From the sequence record NZ_AP019725.1: a stretch of DNA of 64,000 bases, one strand, 5' to 3'. This DNA is from a plasmid. Below are positions 51,283 through 61,432 of the stretch, piece by piece; within the stretch, counting starts at the first letter, position 1; every line of letters begins with the position of its first letter. The position numbers were made by a program, and so were the translations under genes. The notes below the pieces were generated by a model. It was not told the DNA's origin and ran no database searches. It saw nothing but the letters and a program-made list of their open reading frames with translations.

Positions 51283-53223
51283 ATGAAAAACAGAATTATC
51301 GGCTTGTTTTGTTTTATGGCTGTTCATTTAGCCGCTTCTGCACAGACTCATGTGCAATTGAATTTGAATGTAAAACATAAGCTTGGGGATGTAACAGAGT
51401 TTAACCGTCCTAAGTTTATAAATTTCCATGCTACAATAAATGAGAATTATTGGGATAGTGCAAATAAGATTGCTGATTTACGTGATGACCTTATAAGAAA
51501 ATATGATGTGTATGTGGGGCGTGAAACAGGTATGATCAAGACTGTGCTTCGCAATGTTAAGGAGGATCCCGAAAGACCAGGTTTTGCCGACCCAGATGAT
51601 TTGGCTAGACTATGTAGCCAGAATAAGAAACGGTATGTTCAGAACACAAAGGTACATCCTTACGAGAAATACAGTAATCTGATTCTTTGTAATCAGTTCT
51701 CTCCTTTTTATCCTGACGGAACTAAAACGCTGAAAGGATGGGCTTTATCGCAGAAGGATACTGAAGATGAGCCTTTCGGAACAGCTTCGGGTGAATTTTA
51801 TGGCAGGTATATTAAGGAGTATTTTGGTGAAGGAGGAGAAAGTGGTGAACCTAAGCCTGGGTTCTGTGAGGTAATTAATGAGCCTTTGTGGGATATTTAT
51901 GATAAGCCGAAAGCTCCAAAGTCAAGTATAACCAAATTATTTGAATTCCACTCTACTATTGCCGCACAGGTGAAAAAGTTTAATCCTGATATGAAAGTGG
52001 GAGGTTATTGCACTGCCTTCCCTGATTTTGAACTCCAGAATTTCGGAAGATGGAATGCCAGATGGAAACAGTTTATTGATATTGCCGGAAAGGATATGGA
52101 TTTCTTTACTATTCATTTATACGATTTTCCATGTAAAGATGGTAAACAGATGTACAGAAAAGGCAGTAACATGGAGGCCACAATGGATATGATTGAGCAG
52201 TACAGTATGATAAAGCTTGGTGAGGTTAAACCTCTTATGATTTCGGAATACAGTGCGCAGACGCATGATTACAACAGGAAGCCATGGTCGCCATATCGCG
52301 ACTGGCTGCGACTGAAATCGACCAACTCGATGCTTATGCAGTTTATGGAAAGGACCGATAATATATGTTATGCCATGCCTTTTGCCATGCTCAAATCTGA
52401 GTGGGGATATAATCCCAAAACGGGTCTTGCACATACAGCGAGAATGCTGAGAAGAGAAAACGAGCCTGAAAGCTTTACCGGAGAATATGTTTACTCTGAA
52501 CTTATAAAGTTTTATCAGCTCTGGAAGGATGTGAAGGGTACAAGGGTTGAAACAAACTGTGATAATCCTGACATTATGTGTGATGCATATGTAGACGGGA
52601 AGAATGTGTATTTCATTATAAACAATCTGGATTTCAAACCAGTAGATTTGAATCTTTCTGTAAACGGAACATCTAAGGATGCAAAAAGTATAGAAGTCAG
52701 ACATCTGTACCTTAAAGGTGGGAAAGACGGAGTACCTATGCTTGATGTATACGATGCAAAGAGTCTTGACCACTTTACTTTAGAAACTGAGGCAACATGC
52801 GTCATTTGCTATAATTTCGACAGAAAAGTGAAAATAAACGAAACGATGGAGGAGGTGAAATATTATGCAACGGATTACCTTAAAGAGATTGCTGCTGGCA
52901 AAGAACTGGTTTTCAATATAAATAATGTCAAGAAGACCGAATATGGTGAGGCCGTTATCCGTCTTGGACTTGGCAGAAATCATGGTTTGTCGTTGCTGCC
53001 TGAACTTTTAGTAAACGGTAAGAAAGTTGATATCCCGGATAATTTCAGGGGTGACGTTCAGAAAGACCGTGCTTCTTTCTTCGGTGTTATTGAAGTGCCT
53101 GTGGACTACAGCATTCTTAAGGGAAATAATACTATCTCGTTAAAGTTCCCAGATAATGGCGGTCACGTAAGTACAGTTACTATGCAGATTTTTAATTTTT
53201 CAAATAATATTAGAGGTATATGA
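51283..53223 (+). CDS. Clan GH-A (beta/alpha)8 glycoside hydrolase, probably GH86-like beta-porphyranase/agarase
   Basis: Signal peptide. NEP acid/base motif in CEVINEPLWD. 646 aa with C-terminal beta-sandwich-like region. It sits between two GH16 genes. Confidence 0.5.
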   Translation: MKNRIIGLFCFMAVHLAASAQTHVQLNLNVKHKLGDVTEFNRPKFINFHATINENYWDSANKIADLRDDLIRKYDVYVGRETGMIKTVLRNVKEDPERPGFADPDDLARLCSQNKKRYVQNTKVHPYEKYSNLILCNQFSPFYPDGTKTLKGWALSQKDTEDEPFGTASGEFYGRYIKEYFGEGGESGEPKPGFCEVINEPLWDIYDKPKAPKSSITKLFEFHSTIAAQVKKFNPDMKVGGYCTAFPDFELQNFGRWNARWKQFIDIAGKDMDFFTIHLYDFPCKDGKQMYRKGSNMEATMDMIEQYSMIKLGEVKPLMISEYSAQTHDYNRKPWSPYRDWLRLKSTNSMLMQFMERTDNICYAMPFAMLKSEWGYNPKTGLAHTARMLRRENEPESFTGEYVYSELIKFYQLWKDVKGTRVETNCDNPDIMCDAYVDGKNVYFIINNLDFKPVDLNLSVNGTSKDAKSIEVRHLYLKGGKDGVPMLDVYDAKSLDHFTLETEATCVICYNFDRKVKINETMEEVKYYATDYLKEIAAGKELVFNINNVKKTEYGEAVIRLGLGRNHGLSLLPELLVNGKKVDIPDNFRGDVQKDRASFFGVIEVPVDYSILKGNNTISLKFPDNGGHVSTVTMQIFNFSNNIRGI

Positions 53224-54017
53224 TGAAGACCTTACTATCATTTTTGTCGCTGATGTTTTCAGCAAATTTTGTTTGTAATGCGCAAAACCTTCCGGAGGTT
53301 CCGGAAGGTTTTAAATGGGAAAAGGTGGAAAGCCTTTCGGATGAGTTTGATTACTGGGATGCTACAAAATGGCACAGGTCATTATGGAATTATGACGTAC
53401 CGGTACAGATGGTTGCCGAGAACTCGGGAGTAGATAACGGTTTGCTTTGGATCAAGGCTACACTTGACGATGGCAAGGAAAGGTGGTTTAAGACTTCTAG
53501 GGTTATGTCGAATACGAGAATTTCATATCCGATGTACACAGAATGTTATATGCGTACCGCACATATTTCGGCTTTCAGTACTTTCTGGATGAATAATGGC
53601 AACAGTAATGACAGGGATGAGATAGACATGTGTGAGCATAACTCAAAACCTTCTATTAAGGCACAGGAGAATACACGTCCTTATACTATGTATTCGCAAT
53701 ACTTTGTTGTCAAGAATGGTGTTACAGAAAGAAATAACGGTAACTTCGATAACAGGAAACTCTCTGACGGAAATCCGGCAAAAGGAGTGAAATGGAATGA
53801 AAAGTTCCAAAGAATTGGAGTGTGGTGGAAAGATGCCAACAATATTCAATTTTACTTGAATGGTGAACCTACAGGAAATGTGGTATCAAAACAGGATTTT
53901 ACTCTAGAACTGAATATCATATGGGATTTGTGGACTGCTGATGAGACCTGGACCGGCGGATTGTGTGAAAAGAATGATCTTCTTGATGATAGTATCAATA
54001 CTATGTATGTAGACTGA
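53220..54017 (+). CDS. Glycoside hydrolase family 16 (porphyranase-like)
   Basis: Signal peptide. Catalytic motif EIDMCE (ExDxxE). 265 aa. Confidence 0.75.
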   Translation: MMKTLLSFLSLMFSANFVCNAQNLPEVPEGFKWEKVESLSDEFDYWDATKWHRSLWNYDVPVQMVAENSGVDNGLLWIKATLDDGKERWFKTSRVMSNTRISYPMYTECYMRTAHISAFSTFWMNNGNSNDRDEIDMCEHNSKPSIKAQENTRPYTMYSQYFVVKNGVTERNNGNFDNRKLSDGNPAKGVKWNEKFQRIGVWWKDANNIQFYLNGEPTGNVVSKQDFTLELNIIWDLWTADETWTGGLCEKNDLLDDSINTMYVD

Positions 54018-54153
54018 ATACTTCTAGTCTAAGATAAAGAGAAAAAAATCTTTAATTTTAAAATACATACTATCTACTTTAAATTTACCTATGTTAGGTT
54101 TGGTAATTTATCAATATATTCGTAATTGATTTTTTTATTAATATTTTTATAGT

Positions 54154-55386
54154 ATGAGAGTAAAGCTTTTAGTATCAGTATTGATAGGAGTTTCTGCAGA
54201 CTTGTTTGCACAGAATCCATTCCCTTATGTTATGCCTAAAGAAAAGCCAACTTTCAAGATGAGTTGCGCTATGAACAGAGTGTATGATAATTACGGAGCT
54301 GCAACTCCACAGTTGAATGAATTATACACGAACTTCAAGTACTCACCGCTTACAGGCTTTGACTATCATAATGATGATGGGACAGTAACACGAAGAGACC
54401 CTTCAAGAATTATTAAGGTAAACGGTAAATACTATATGTGGTACACCAAGCGTTGCACTCCAACAACCTTTGTAGGGACAAAGCTTGCTAATGATACTAT
54501 TCCGTCTGTGGATTGGGACTTGTGTGATATTGCATATGCCACAAGTAAAGATGGTTTTCATTGGGAAGAACAGGGGATAGCTGTACATCGCCCGAAGAAA
54601 CCGGAACTTGGGTGGAGGTCGGTTGCAACTCCGGATGTATTGGTCTGGAAAGGCAAGTATTATTTATATTATCAGGCCTTTTCTGTAATGAGCGGAAGTA
54701 CCGGTCGTGATGACTGCCCAGTTGCAATGTCGTATGCCGATTCGCCTGACGGACCATGGACTCCCGTAAATGAAATCATTATTCCAAACGGTGAACCCGG
54801 TGATTGGGATCAATTTTCTATTCATGACCCTCAACCATTGGTTTATAAAGGGAAAATATATCTATATTATAAATCGGATTATAACGGAAAGGATAATGGC
54901 GGTTTAATCCGCTCTCAGGGTCTTGCCATAGCTGATAATCCTATGGGACCATTCAAAAAATATGAATTGAACCCGATTATCAGTTCCGGACATGAGACTC
55001 AGTTTTTCCGTTTCAAGCAGGGGATAGCCTCGATTATGGCTAAAGACGGGCATGAAAATAATACTATTCAATATTCAGAGGATGGCAAGAATTTCAAGGT
55101 TGCAAGTATTTGTGCCATGATGCCAATTGCTTCAGGACTTTATGACCCGGATGCCTTTACGGATGTACCGTTTGCTAATGGCATAACATGGGGTATTTCC
55201 CATTATAATTTGTGGGGTCGAAACAGAAGAAGTATTTTATTGCGGTTCGACTGTGATTTGAGTATTGATTTCAATGATCCGGAAATGAAAAAGAATGATG
55301 TTCCTTTTTCTTTGGAAGAGTTATATCGAAGGGGATTGACTAAAAAGCAGAAGGAGATTATCTTAAAAAGGGATAGAATAAAATAA
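54154..55386 (+). CDS. GH117-like five-bladed beta-propeller hydrolase (second paralog)
   Basis: Signal peptide. Motifs [36 protein letters not shown] and GKIYLYYKSD are shared with 14988..16196. Confidence 0.55.
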   Translation: MRVKLLVSVLIGVSADLFAQNPFPYVMPKEKPTFKMSCAMNRVYDNYGAATPQLNELYTNFKYSPLTGFDYHNDDGTVTRRDPSRIIKVNGKYYMWYTKRCTPTTFVGTKLANDTIPSVDWDLCDIAYATSKDGFHWEEQGIAVHRPKKPELGWRSVATPDVLVWKGKYYLYYQAFSVMSGSTGRDDCPVAMSYADSPDGPWTPVNEIIIPNGEPGDWDQFSIHDPQPLVYKGKIYLYYKSDYNGKDNGGLIRSQGLAIADNPMGPFKKYELNPIISSGHETQFFRFKQGIASIMAKDGHENNTIQYSEDGKNFKVASICAMMPIASGLYDPDAFTDVPFANGITWGISHYNLWGRNRRSILLRFDCDLSIDFNDPEMKKNDVPFSLEELYRRGLTKKQKEIILKRDRIK

Positions 55387-55476
55387 AAATACCCCCTAAT
55401 TTCGAAAGAAATATCTACGACTAGTCTGGTAGGTTAATTATATTTTTGTGTTCATATAAAAACTTAAAACTAATTA

Positions 55477-55797
55477 TGAATAAACTTTTATTTTTTCTAC
55501 CAATTTATTTTTTCGTGTTCGGAGAAATCGTCTGAAGATGAAGATATTAATATTCCTTTCGAAAATAGGACTTGTTTTGTAGATGATAGCATTCGTACCA
55601 TTGTTGATTCTGTCTATAATTTATTATCTCCTGATGAACCTACTGCGCAAATTCATGGTATAAGACCTATATTAATTGTTGAGAATGGTAAGTTAAGCTT
55701 AGAAAAGTGCCGTAAGCTGATACCTTATGGCATCGGGCATATTTCGCAGTTTGCATGTATGAAGGACTTAAAGGTAAATGTATTACGTTGGAGATAG
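55477..55797 (+). pseudogene. Small lipoprotein gene with a frameshift in a poly-T tract
   Basis: MNKLLFF... shifts frame within cttttattttttt. One T fewer gives MNKLLFFYQFIFSCSEKSSEDEDINIPFENRTCFVDDSIRT... (lipobox FSC) running to 55797. Confidence 0.3.
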
Positions 55798-55886
55798 AAC
55801 TGTTACAGAAAACAGAAGAGTTATATTTTTGGAGGTTACAGTTAATGATGATGAAACGAATTTATAAACCTATATAGAAAAAACAT

Positions 55887-57443
55887 ATGAGAACTGATTT
55901 ATTTTTTTATCCGGCAATTGCCGCAGCAGTGCTGTCTTCATGCGGAGGGAAAAAAGACGCTGCAGAAGTGAATAAGAAACCTAATGTATTGTTTATTTAT
56001 GCCGACGATATCGGTTACGGTGATTTGAGCTGTTATGGCGGAAAATCGATTATTACTCCAAATGTGGAGAAACTGGCATCTGAGGGTATAATGTTTACAA
56101 ATGCCCACTGTGGTGCATCTACAAGTACACCATCAAGATATGGAATGCTCACTGGTGAGTATCCGTGGAGAAAGAAAGGTACCGGGATAGCGGCAGGTGA
56201 TGCAGCTATGATTATCAAGCCAAACATATATACTATGGCTGATATGTTTGTTGATGCAGGATATTCGACAGGTGTCATCGGTAAGTGGCATCTTGGTCTT
56301 GGTGATAAGGCTGGTCAGCAGGACTGGAATGGATTGGTTTCTCCAAATCCAAGCGATATCGGGTTTGAATTCTCGCATATAATGGCTGCGACAGCTGACC
56401 GTGTTCCTTGTATTTGGATTGAAAACGGAAGAGCTTTAGGATTATCACCAGATGATCCCGTAGAGGTTAGTTATACCAAGAATTTCCCTGGCGAGCCTAC
56501 CGGAAAAGACAATCCAGAGTTGCTAAGACTTCATCCTTCTCACGGACATGATATGAGTATCGTAAACGGTATTTCACGTATTGGATATATGAGAGGAGGT
56601 AAATCTGCATTATGGAGAGATCAGGATATTCAGGACAGTATCATTGCCAATGCCGTAAGATTTATTGAAGAAAAGTCGGCTTCGGATAAACCTTGGTTCC
56701 TGTATCTGGCTACAAATGATATTCATGTACCTCGTGATCCGCATGAAAGATTTGTCGGAAAAAGCGGACACGGTCTCCGCGGTGATGCTTTGTTGTCTTT
56801 TGACTGGGGTGTAGGCGAAGTTATGAAGACTCTGGAAAGATTAGGTATTGACGAGAATACAATTGTCGTCCTTTCAAGTGATAACGGTCCGGTGATAGAT
56901 GATGGTTATAAGGATCAGGCTGTGGAATTACTTGGCGACCATAAGCCTGCAGGCGACTTGAGAGGTGGCAAGTACAGTAACTATGAGGCTGGCACACGTG
57001 TTCCATGTATCTTGAGATGGAAAAATCACGTTAAACCAGGTGTTAACGATTTGCTTATGTCTCAATTGGACTGGTTTGCTTCATTTGCTGCAATGACTGG
57101 TGTAACTTTACCTGATGGTGCAGCGCCTGACAGTGAGAATCTTCTTGATGCATGGTTGGGTAAATCGGAAAAGGGTAAAGAATATTTTGTAACACAGAAT
57201 ATTCAGAACTTCCTTGGCATAACAGATGGCGAATGGAAGTTTATTCCTAGAAATAATGCTCCTGCTTTGAATGTACAGACTAATACAGAGTTGGGGAATA
57301 GTCCAAAGGATCAGTTATTTAAGTTGAATGGCGACAGGAGTGAATCAGTGAATGTGATTGACAAGAATCCTGAGGTGGCTGCTAAACTTAAAAAAGAGCT
57401 TGAAAGAATAGTCGACAATAGATATTTACAAAATATGAATTGA
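55887..57443 (+). CDS. Sulfatase (Ser-type signature S-T-P-S-R)
   Basis: Lipobox SSCGG. Metal-binding FIYADDIGYGD. Signature STSTPSRYGMLTGEYP. 518 aa. Confidence 0.85.
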   Translation: MRTDLFFYPAIAAAVLSSCGGKKDAAEVNKKPNVLFIYADDIGYGDLSCYGGKSIITPNVEKLASEGIMFTNAHCGASTSTPSRYGMLTGEYPWRKKGTGIAAGDAAMIIKPNIYTMADMFVDAGYSTGVIGKWHLGLGDKAGQQDWNGLVSPNPSDIGFEFSHIMAATADRVPCIWIENGRALGLSPDDPVEVSYTKNFPGEPTGKDNPELLRLHPSHGHDMSIVNGISRIGYMRGGKSALWRDQDIQDSIIANAVRFIEEKSASDKPWFLYLATNDIHVPRDPHERFVGKSGHGLRGDALLSFDWGVGEVMKTLERLGIDENTIVVLSSDNGPVIDDGYKDQAVELLGDHKPAGDLRGGKYSNYEAGTRVPCILRWKNHVKPGVNDLLMSQLDWFASFAAMTGVTLPDGAAPDSENLLDAWLGKSEKGKEYFVTQNIQNFLGITDGEWKFIPRNNAPALNVQTNTELGNSPKDQLFKLNGDRSESVNVIDKNPEVAAKLKKELERIVDNRYLQNMN

Positions 57444-57462
57444 TGATTTTTTGGGGGTTATA

Positions 57463-57505
57463 TATTCCGTATATGGTTCTATAGGACCTATACGGGATTT
57501 TTTTA
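57463..57505 (+). terminator. Rho-independent terminator after the sulfatase gene
   Basis: tccgtatatgg ... cctatacggga hairpin followed by ttttttt. Confidence 0.6.
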
Positions 57506-57957
57506 TGAAGAACACAGGTCTATGAAACTGAAATTTTACTTTATCCTGATAATCTCTGTTACTATATCAATACATGCTTTTGCCTCCTTAAATAGAGTAA
57601 AGAGTTCAAAGTATATTGAAATTAAAAAATATGAAGTAGTTGATATAGTTTTCAAATCTACAAAATCCTCTTGTCCTTTTGATGTAGAGTTCAGCGTACT
57701 GTTTACCTCAAGGAATCGAATAATACTATTCAAAGTCCTAAATTACAGCACTTTAATATCTTTGGAAAAATCCCCGAACCACTGAATCAGCCATATGCCA
57801 AATTCACCAATTTTCGATAGATTCTCGTTAATCATCCTTTGACTTTACAAAGGTAAGTGTTCGGTTCTATTCCTCCAAATATTTATATAATTATTTAGGG
57901 GTAGCTACAAGCTATTTTATAAAGTTTATCTTTTGATTATTAATGTTTTAAGAGATA

Positions 57958-58352
57958 TTATTCAAATGCCAATACTTTGTTTCTTTCCAATATTTCTATA
58001 ATATCCTGTTCCTTATACAGAATCTTTCCTCCTATTCTGTAATAGGGCAATTTACCATTCATTCTATATTCAATGAGTGTTCTTTTTGTTATTTTGAGAG
58101 CTTTTGATAATTCTTGTTCTGTAATATAGCGGTTCCCGTCTAATATAGGTCTGTAGATTAAGGAGTTTGCATCCAACATTCAGAAAGCCATCTCTTCCAG
58201 ACCTTTGTAATCTGTCCAGTAAAATATAGGCGAAAAAACTCTTTGGTAAGATGGTTGTCAGGGAGTTTTCCAACAGGAGTTACACCGTTTTCTTCAATAA
58301 AGACATCCACATCAATATTATATTTTTCAACTAGTTCAAATTTATTTTCCAT
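57958..58352 (-). CDS. Excisionase/MerR-like HTH protein, apparently split by a frameshift (N-part 58158..58352, HTH part 57958..58179)
   Basis: The C-terminal ORF has an HTH (ITEQELSKALKITKRTLIEYRMNGKLPYYRIGGKILY). The N-terminal 64-aa ORF (MENKFELVEKYNIDVDVF...) is in another frame, with T6/A6 homopolymers at the junction. Confidence 0.45.
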
Positions 58353-58390
58353 ATAAGCTAATTTGTGTGGTTTGGGACAAAAATAGTAAA

Positions 58391-58415
58391 TTTTGATTAT
58401 GTCACAAAATCAAAA
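58391..58415. promoter_or_regulatory. Palindromic operator-like site, copy (b): TTTTGATTATGT-C-ACAAAATCAAAA
   Basis: The 12-bp arms match with 1 mismatch. The centre is 51 bp upstream of the 58352 start codon. Confidence 0.55.
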
Positions 58416-58518
58416 TTAAATAATTTGAACGTATTGTGTTATAAAATTTATTGTAAAAAAAAAGACTTGCCTATTCCATCAGGAATCAAGCAAGCCTACA
58501 GCATGAGCGCACAATGAA

Positions 58519-58734
58519 TCAGTCTTTCAGAGAGTATGTCTTCACTGTCTTCTTACCTACTTTTTCTGTAGAGAAGGAAAGTTTGTCTTCCTTAGACAAC
58601 CATCCGATAGCAGCCCAGAACTCAGATTCTGAGAGCTTGGACTCCCTCTTAAAAAGAGATACTTCTACACCATTTTTACCTTCGAGCAGATGCCAGATAA
58701 TGCCGGCATTCTGGCCAATTAATACCTGTTCCAT
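58519..58734 (-). CDS. Small winged-helix-like hypothetical protein, 71 aa
   Basis: NAGIIWHLL...WAAIGWLSKEDKL resembles small wH proteins common on Bacteroides mobile elements. Confidence 0.35.
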   Translation of the reverse strand: MEQVLIGQNAGIIWHLLEGKNGVEVSLFKRESKLSESEFWAAIGWLSKEDKLSFSTEKVGKKTVKTYSLKD

Positions 58735-59386
58735 AATGAAATTGATTAAATGATTAATGAAAAGTGAATAAATGAGGAAACATCTATCACAGCCTGGAGA
58801 GGGTGCGATAGATAGGCTGCAGATGCAGCTATAAACTTAAATTATAATGTGCTTTGATTTACTACTGTCAAGAATTGAAGAAATGAATGAGAATGACAGT
58901 GTAAGAAGTTATTTATGTCTTATGACAAAGCAAAGATACAGAAATTTTCTATTAACAAAGAAAATTTGAAAAGAAAAAGCGGTTAAGTTACCCTAACCGC
59001 CCATAGCCATGCACGTCTTCCGTAATAGGCTATTACCAGAACCTCTGCCTGAATTTATAAAATTACGAAGAATATCTGATAAAAGCAAATAAAATATATA
59101 TTACCCCAAACATTATTGGACAAAAAGAAATAATAGCCCGTGAAGAGAACCAACAATAGGGAAATAGTATAATATTCCAGGTTCCAGATATCAACCAGGC
59201 ACCGCAGAGAAAGAAGCAGCTGGAAGAAGAACTCGACCAGCCCAGGAAAAGAAGCCGGGGTTTTGGAATGGGTATGTGATTTTACATATACATGCTTGCG
59301 TTAGGGATACCTTGCCCCCTGTATTTTTGATACAGGGGTATTAGGCTCCCCAAAGGCTTTTATAAAGTTATAAGCAGGGGAAAGGA

Positions 59387-59935
59387 CTACACACAATACA
59401 ATTCACAGGGTTTGCCCGTTGATTGGTGATTGATATTGATTAATATTTTCAACTGAACTTCCTTTTGATTGCCAATGCATGATAAATCAACATTTTCTAT
59501 TACATGGCAGCCATTAGCTTCACAAATCTTGTCAAATTCTATATGTCTCTTTCCTTTCTCCGCTATACCATGAGAATCGATGATAATAAAAAGCGGTTTC
59601 TTCTCCAAAATAGTATGAAGGACTTCCTCACTCAGAAAGGTTTCTGTGGAGAAATACATATCCGTTCCGTATTCGTTTCTCTCCAAATTGGCTGTATGTA
59701 ACAGTAAAGCCATATTTTCAAGGGTGGTAAGACTTTTAATATCTTCCTCTTTGGGCATTTCATTCTGACAATCAAGAACCATTGCTGTGATATTGTATTC
59801 AGGCTTCTCTGGTACTGTTGTATAACAATCCAAGTGAGTACCGACATGTCCTCTTGCCCCTATTCTGTCAGCTTGTGTATTAGCCCATTTAATAGCAGGT
59901 GAATTCTCTTCTAATGTTATGTGTAACTGATTCAT
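59387..59935 (-). CDS. Cyclase-family metal-dependent hydrolase (arylformamidase-like)
   Basis: HxGTHxD motif in GARGHVGTHLDCYTTVP. 182 aa. Confidence 0.55.
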   Translation of the reverse strand: MNQLHITLEENSPAIKWANTQADRIGARGHVGTHLDCYTTVPEKPEYNITAMVLDCQNEMPKEEDIKSLTTLENMALLLHTANLERNEYGTDMYFSTETFLSEEVLHTILEKKPLFIIIDSHGIAEKGKRHIEFDKICEANGCHVIENVDLSCIGNQKEVQLKILININHQSTGKPCELYCV

Positions 59936-60160
59936 AATTCTGTATTTACTTTTATTTTCCCGAATGTTTTCTGTTCATCACGTACCCGGCTAAGTTCCCG
60001 ATGTGCTTTTTCCTTATACTCCTGAAGAACTTTGATTTCGTTACGAAATAAAAATTCAACAAGGATATCATTGTTTTTATACAAACTATACAAATGTAGA
60101 TATTAAAATTGACTTATAGCTGTAATTATGAAATAAATAAGCTACATTCAGCACCATATT

Positions 60161-61432
60161 TTACTTCACGAGAATGACATCATCGAGGTTGGTGGTGTAC
60201 TGCTTGCTGATGTGTTCGCATTTGAGGTGCCATGACTTATCTGTAGTGCCCTGGACAGCTACCTTTATGGTGTTGTGGCCATTCTTTCGGTTGATAGCAT
60301 CTATGGCGGCGGCCAGGCGTGATTGCTTGTCACGGTCAATGGTGTCAAAAAGGTTGGTTTGGATGGCAGAATCAGGAACTATGTTCCAGACAATGACACC
60401 GGCTTTTTTGTACTGATAACCGCCCTCTTTGCGGAAATCCATGCGGAGTGCCCGAACTGCAGTGCTTACAAGTTCCTGAAGGTCGTTGGTCGGTACCTGC
60501 AGGTGGATGGTGCGGTTGATGCAGTACTGCGGAAGATCCATACGGAAACGGCTGGTATAGGCGAATACTGTTATCTCTGTGCAGCAGCTGTGCTGCATAC
60601 GGAGCTTACGGACACATTCGGAAGAAAAGTTGGCGACAGCTTCCTCTAAGCTGGAGAGTTCGGACAGACCGGAGTCAGGGAAACTTCGGCTGGTACAGAT
60701 ACTCTTCTTCTGTGGCAGTTCCTCGACATCGATGCAGGATTCACCACGAAGCTCCTTCCAAGTACGTACACCGGTAATTGTAAGTTATTTTCGCACAAAA
60801 CTCTCGCTTTTCTGAGTGAAATCCCAGGCGGTATTTAAACCGTAATAGTGCAGCTTATCCAAGCTTCGATGGCCGATACCCCAAACATCGCCAATTTCGA
60901 AGCCCTGCAGCGCCTTGATGCGCTTTTCCTCAGAATCAATCATGCATACACCCTGATATCCCTTGTACTTCTTTCCGTAACGGCTTGCCACCTTCGCCAG
61001 AGTCTTTGTCGGAGCAATACCCATCGTAACCGGGATGCCGGTACCCTTTCCGATGGTCTTCACAATCCTGTGACCGTAGGAAACCAACTTCTCCCCTTCT
61101 CCGAAGCCGGAGAGATCCAGGAACGCTTCATCAATTGAGTACTGGGTCAGTTCGGGCGTGAACTCGGACAGCAGCATCATTACCCGGCGACTCATGTCAC
61201 CGTACAGGTTGTAGTTTGAGCTGAAGACAGCCACATTGTTTGCCTCAAGGACTTCACGAATCTGGTAGAGAGGTGTACCCATCTTGATACCCATTGCTTT
61301 AACTTCGTTGCTTCGGGCCACGACACAGCCGTCATTGTTACTCAGAACAACGACAGGTTTGTCACGGAGCAGCGGATTGAACACGCGCTCGCATGAACAG
61401 TAGAAGTTATTGCAATCGACAAGGGCTATCAT
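60161..61432 (-). pseudogene. umuC: Y-family translesion polymerase UmuC with a single in-frame TAA (60785-60787)
   Basis: The N-terminal ORF ([18 protein letters not shown]...SIDEAFLDL) and C-terminal ORF (DUF4113-like, ...QYKKAGVIVWNI...) are in the same frame. Hand translation of 60599-60784 gives LTITGVRTWKELRGESCIDVEELPQKKSICTSRSF..., a conserved UmuC segment. One stop codon is the only break. Confidence 0.8.

Noticed and set aside
58070-58273. 67-aa ORF as an independent gene
   Set aside because: It is the third frame across the same A/T homopolymer junction of the Xis-like gene and is most likely a frameshift artefact.
59298-59309. 12-bp match (gcgttagggata) to the inverted motif at 5155-5166 as a possible pair of element terminal repeats
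   Set aside because: Many 12-mer coincidences are expected in 64 kb on two strands, flanking similarity is absent, and the tra genes lie outside the bracketed interval. Kept only as a caveat in the 4911-5366 finding.
39938-60787. Possible stop-codon reassignment (TAG or TAA read as sense), prompted by three conserved genes each carrying a single in-frame stop (IS982 transposase TAA, sulfatase TAG, umuC TAA)
   Set aside because: Intact, conserved genes in the same window terminate normally on TAA (traK, GH117), TAG (GH2 at 18726-18728) and TGA (GH2 at 14969-14971). Pseudogenisation or sequencing error is far more likely than recoding.
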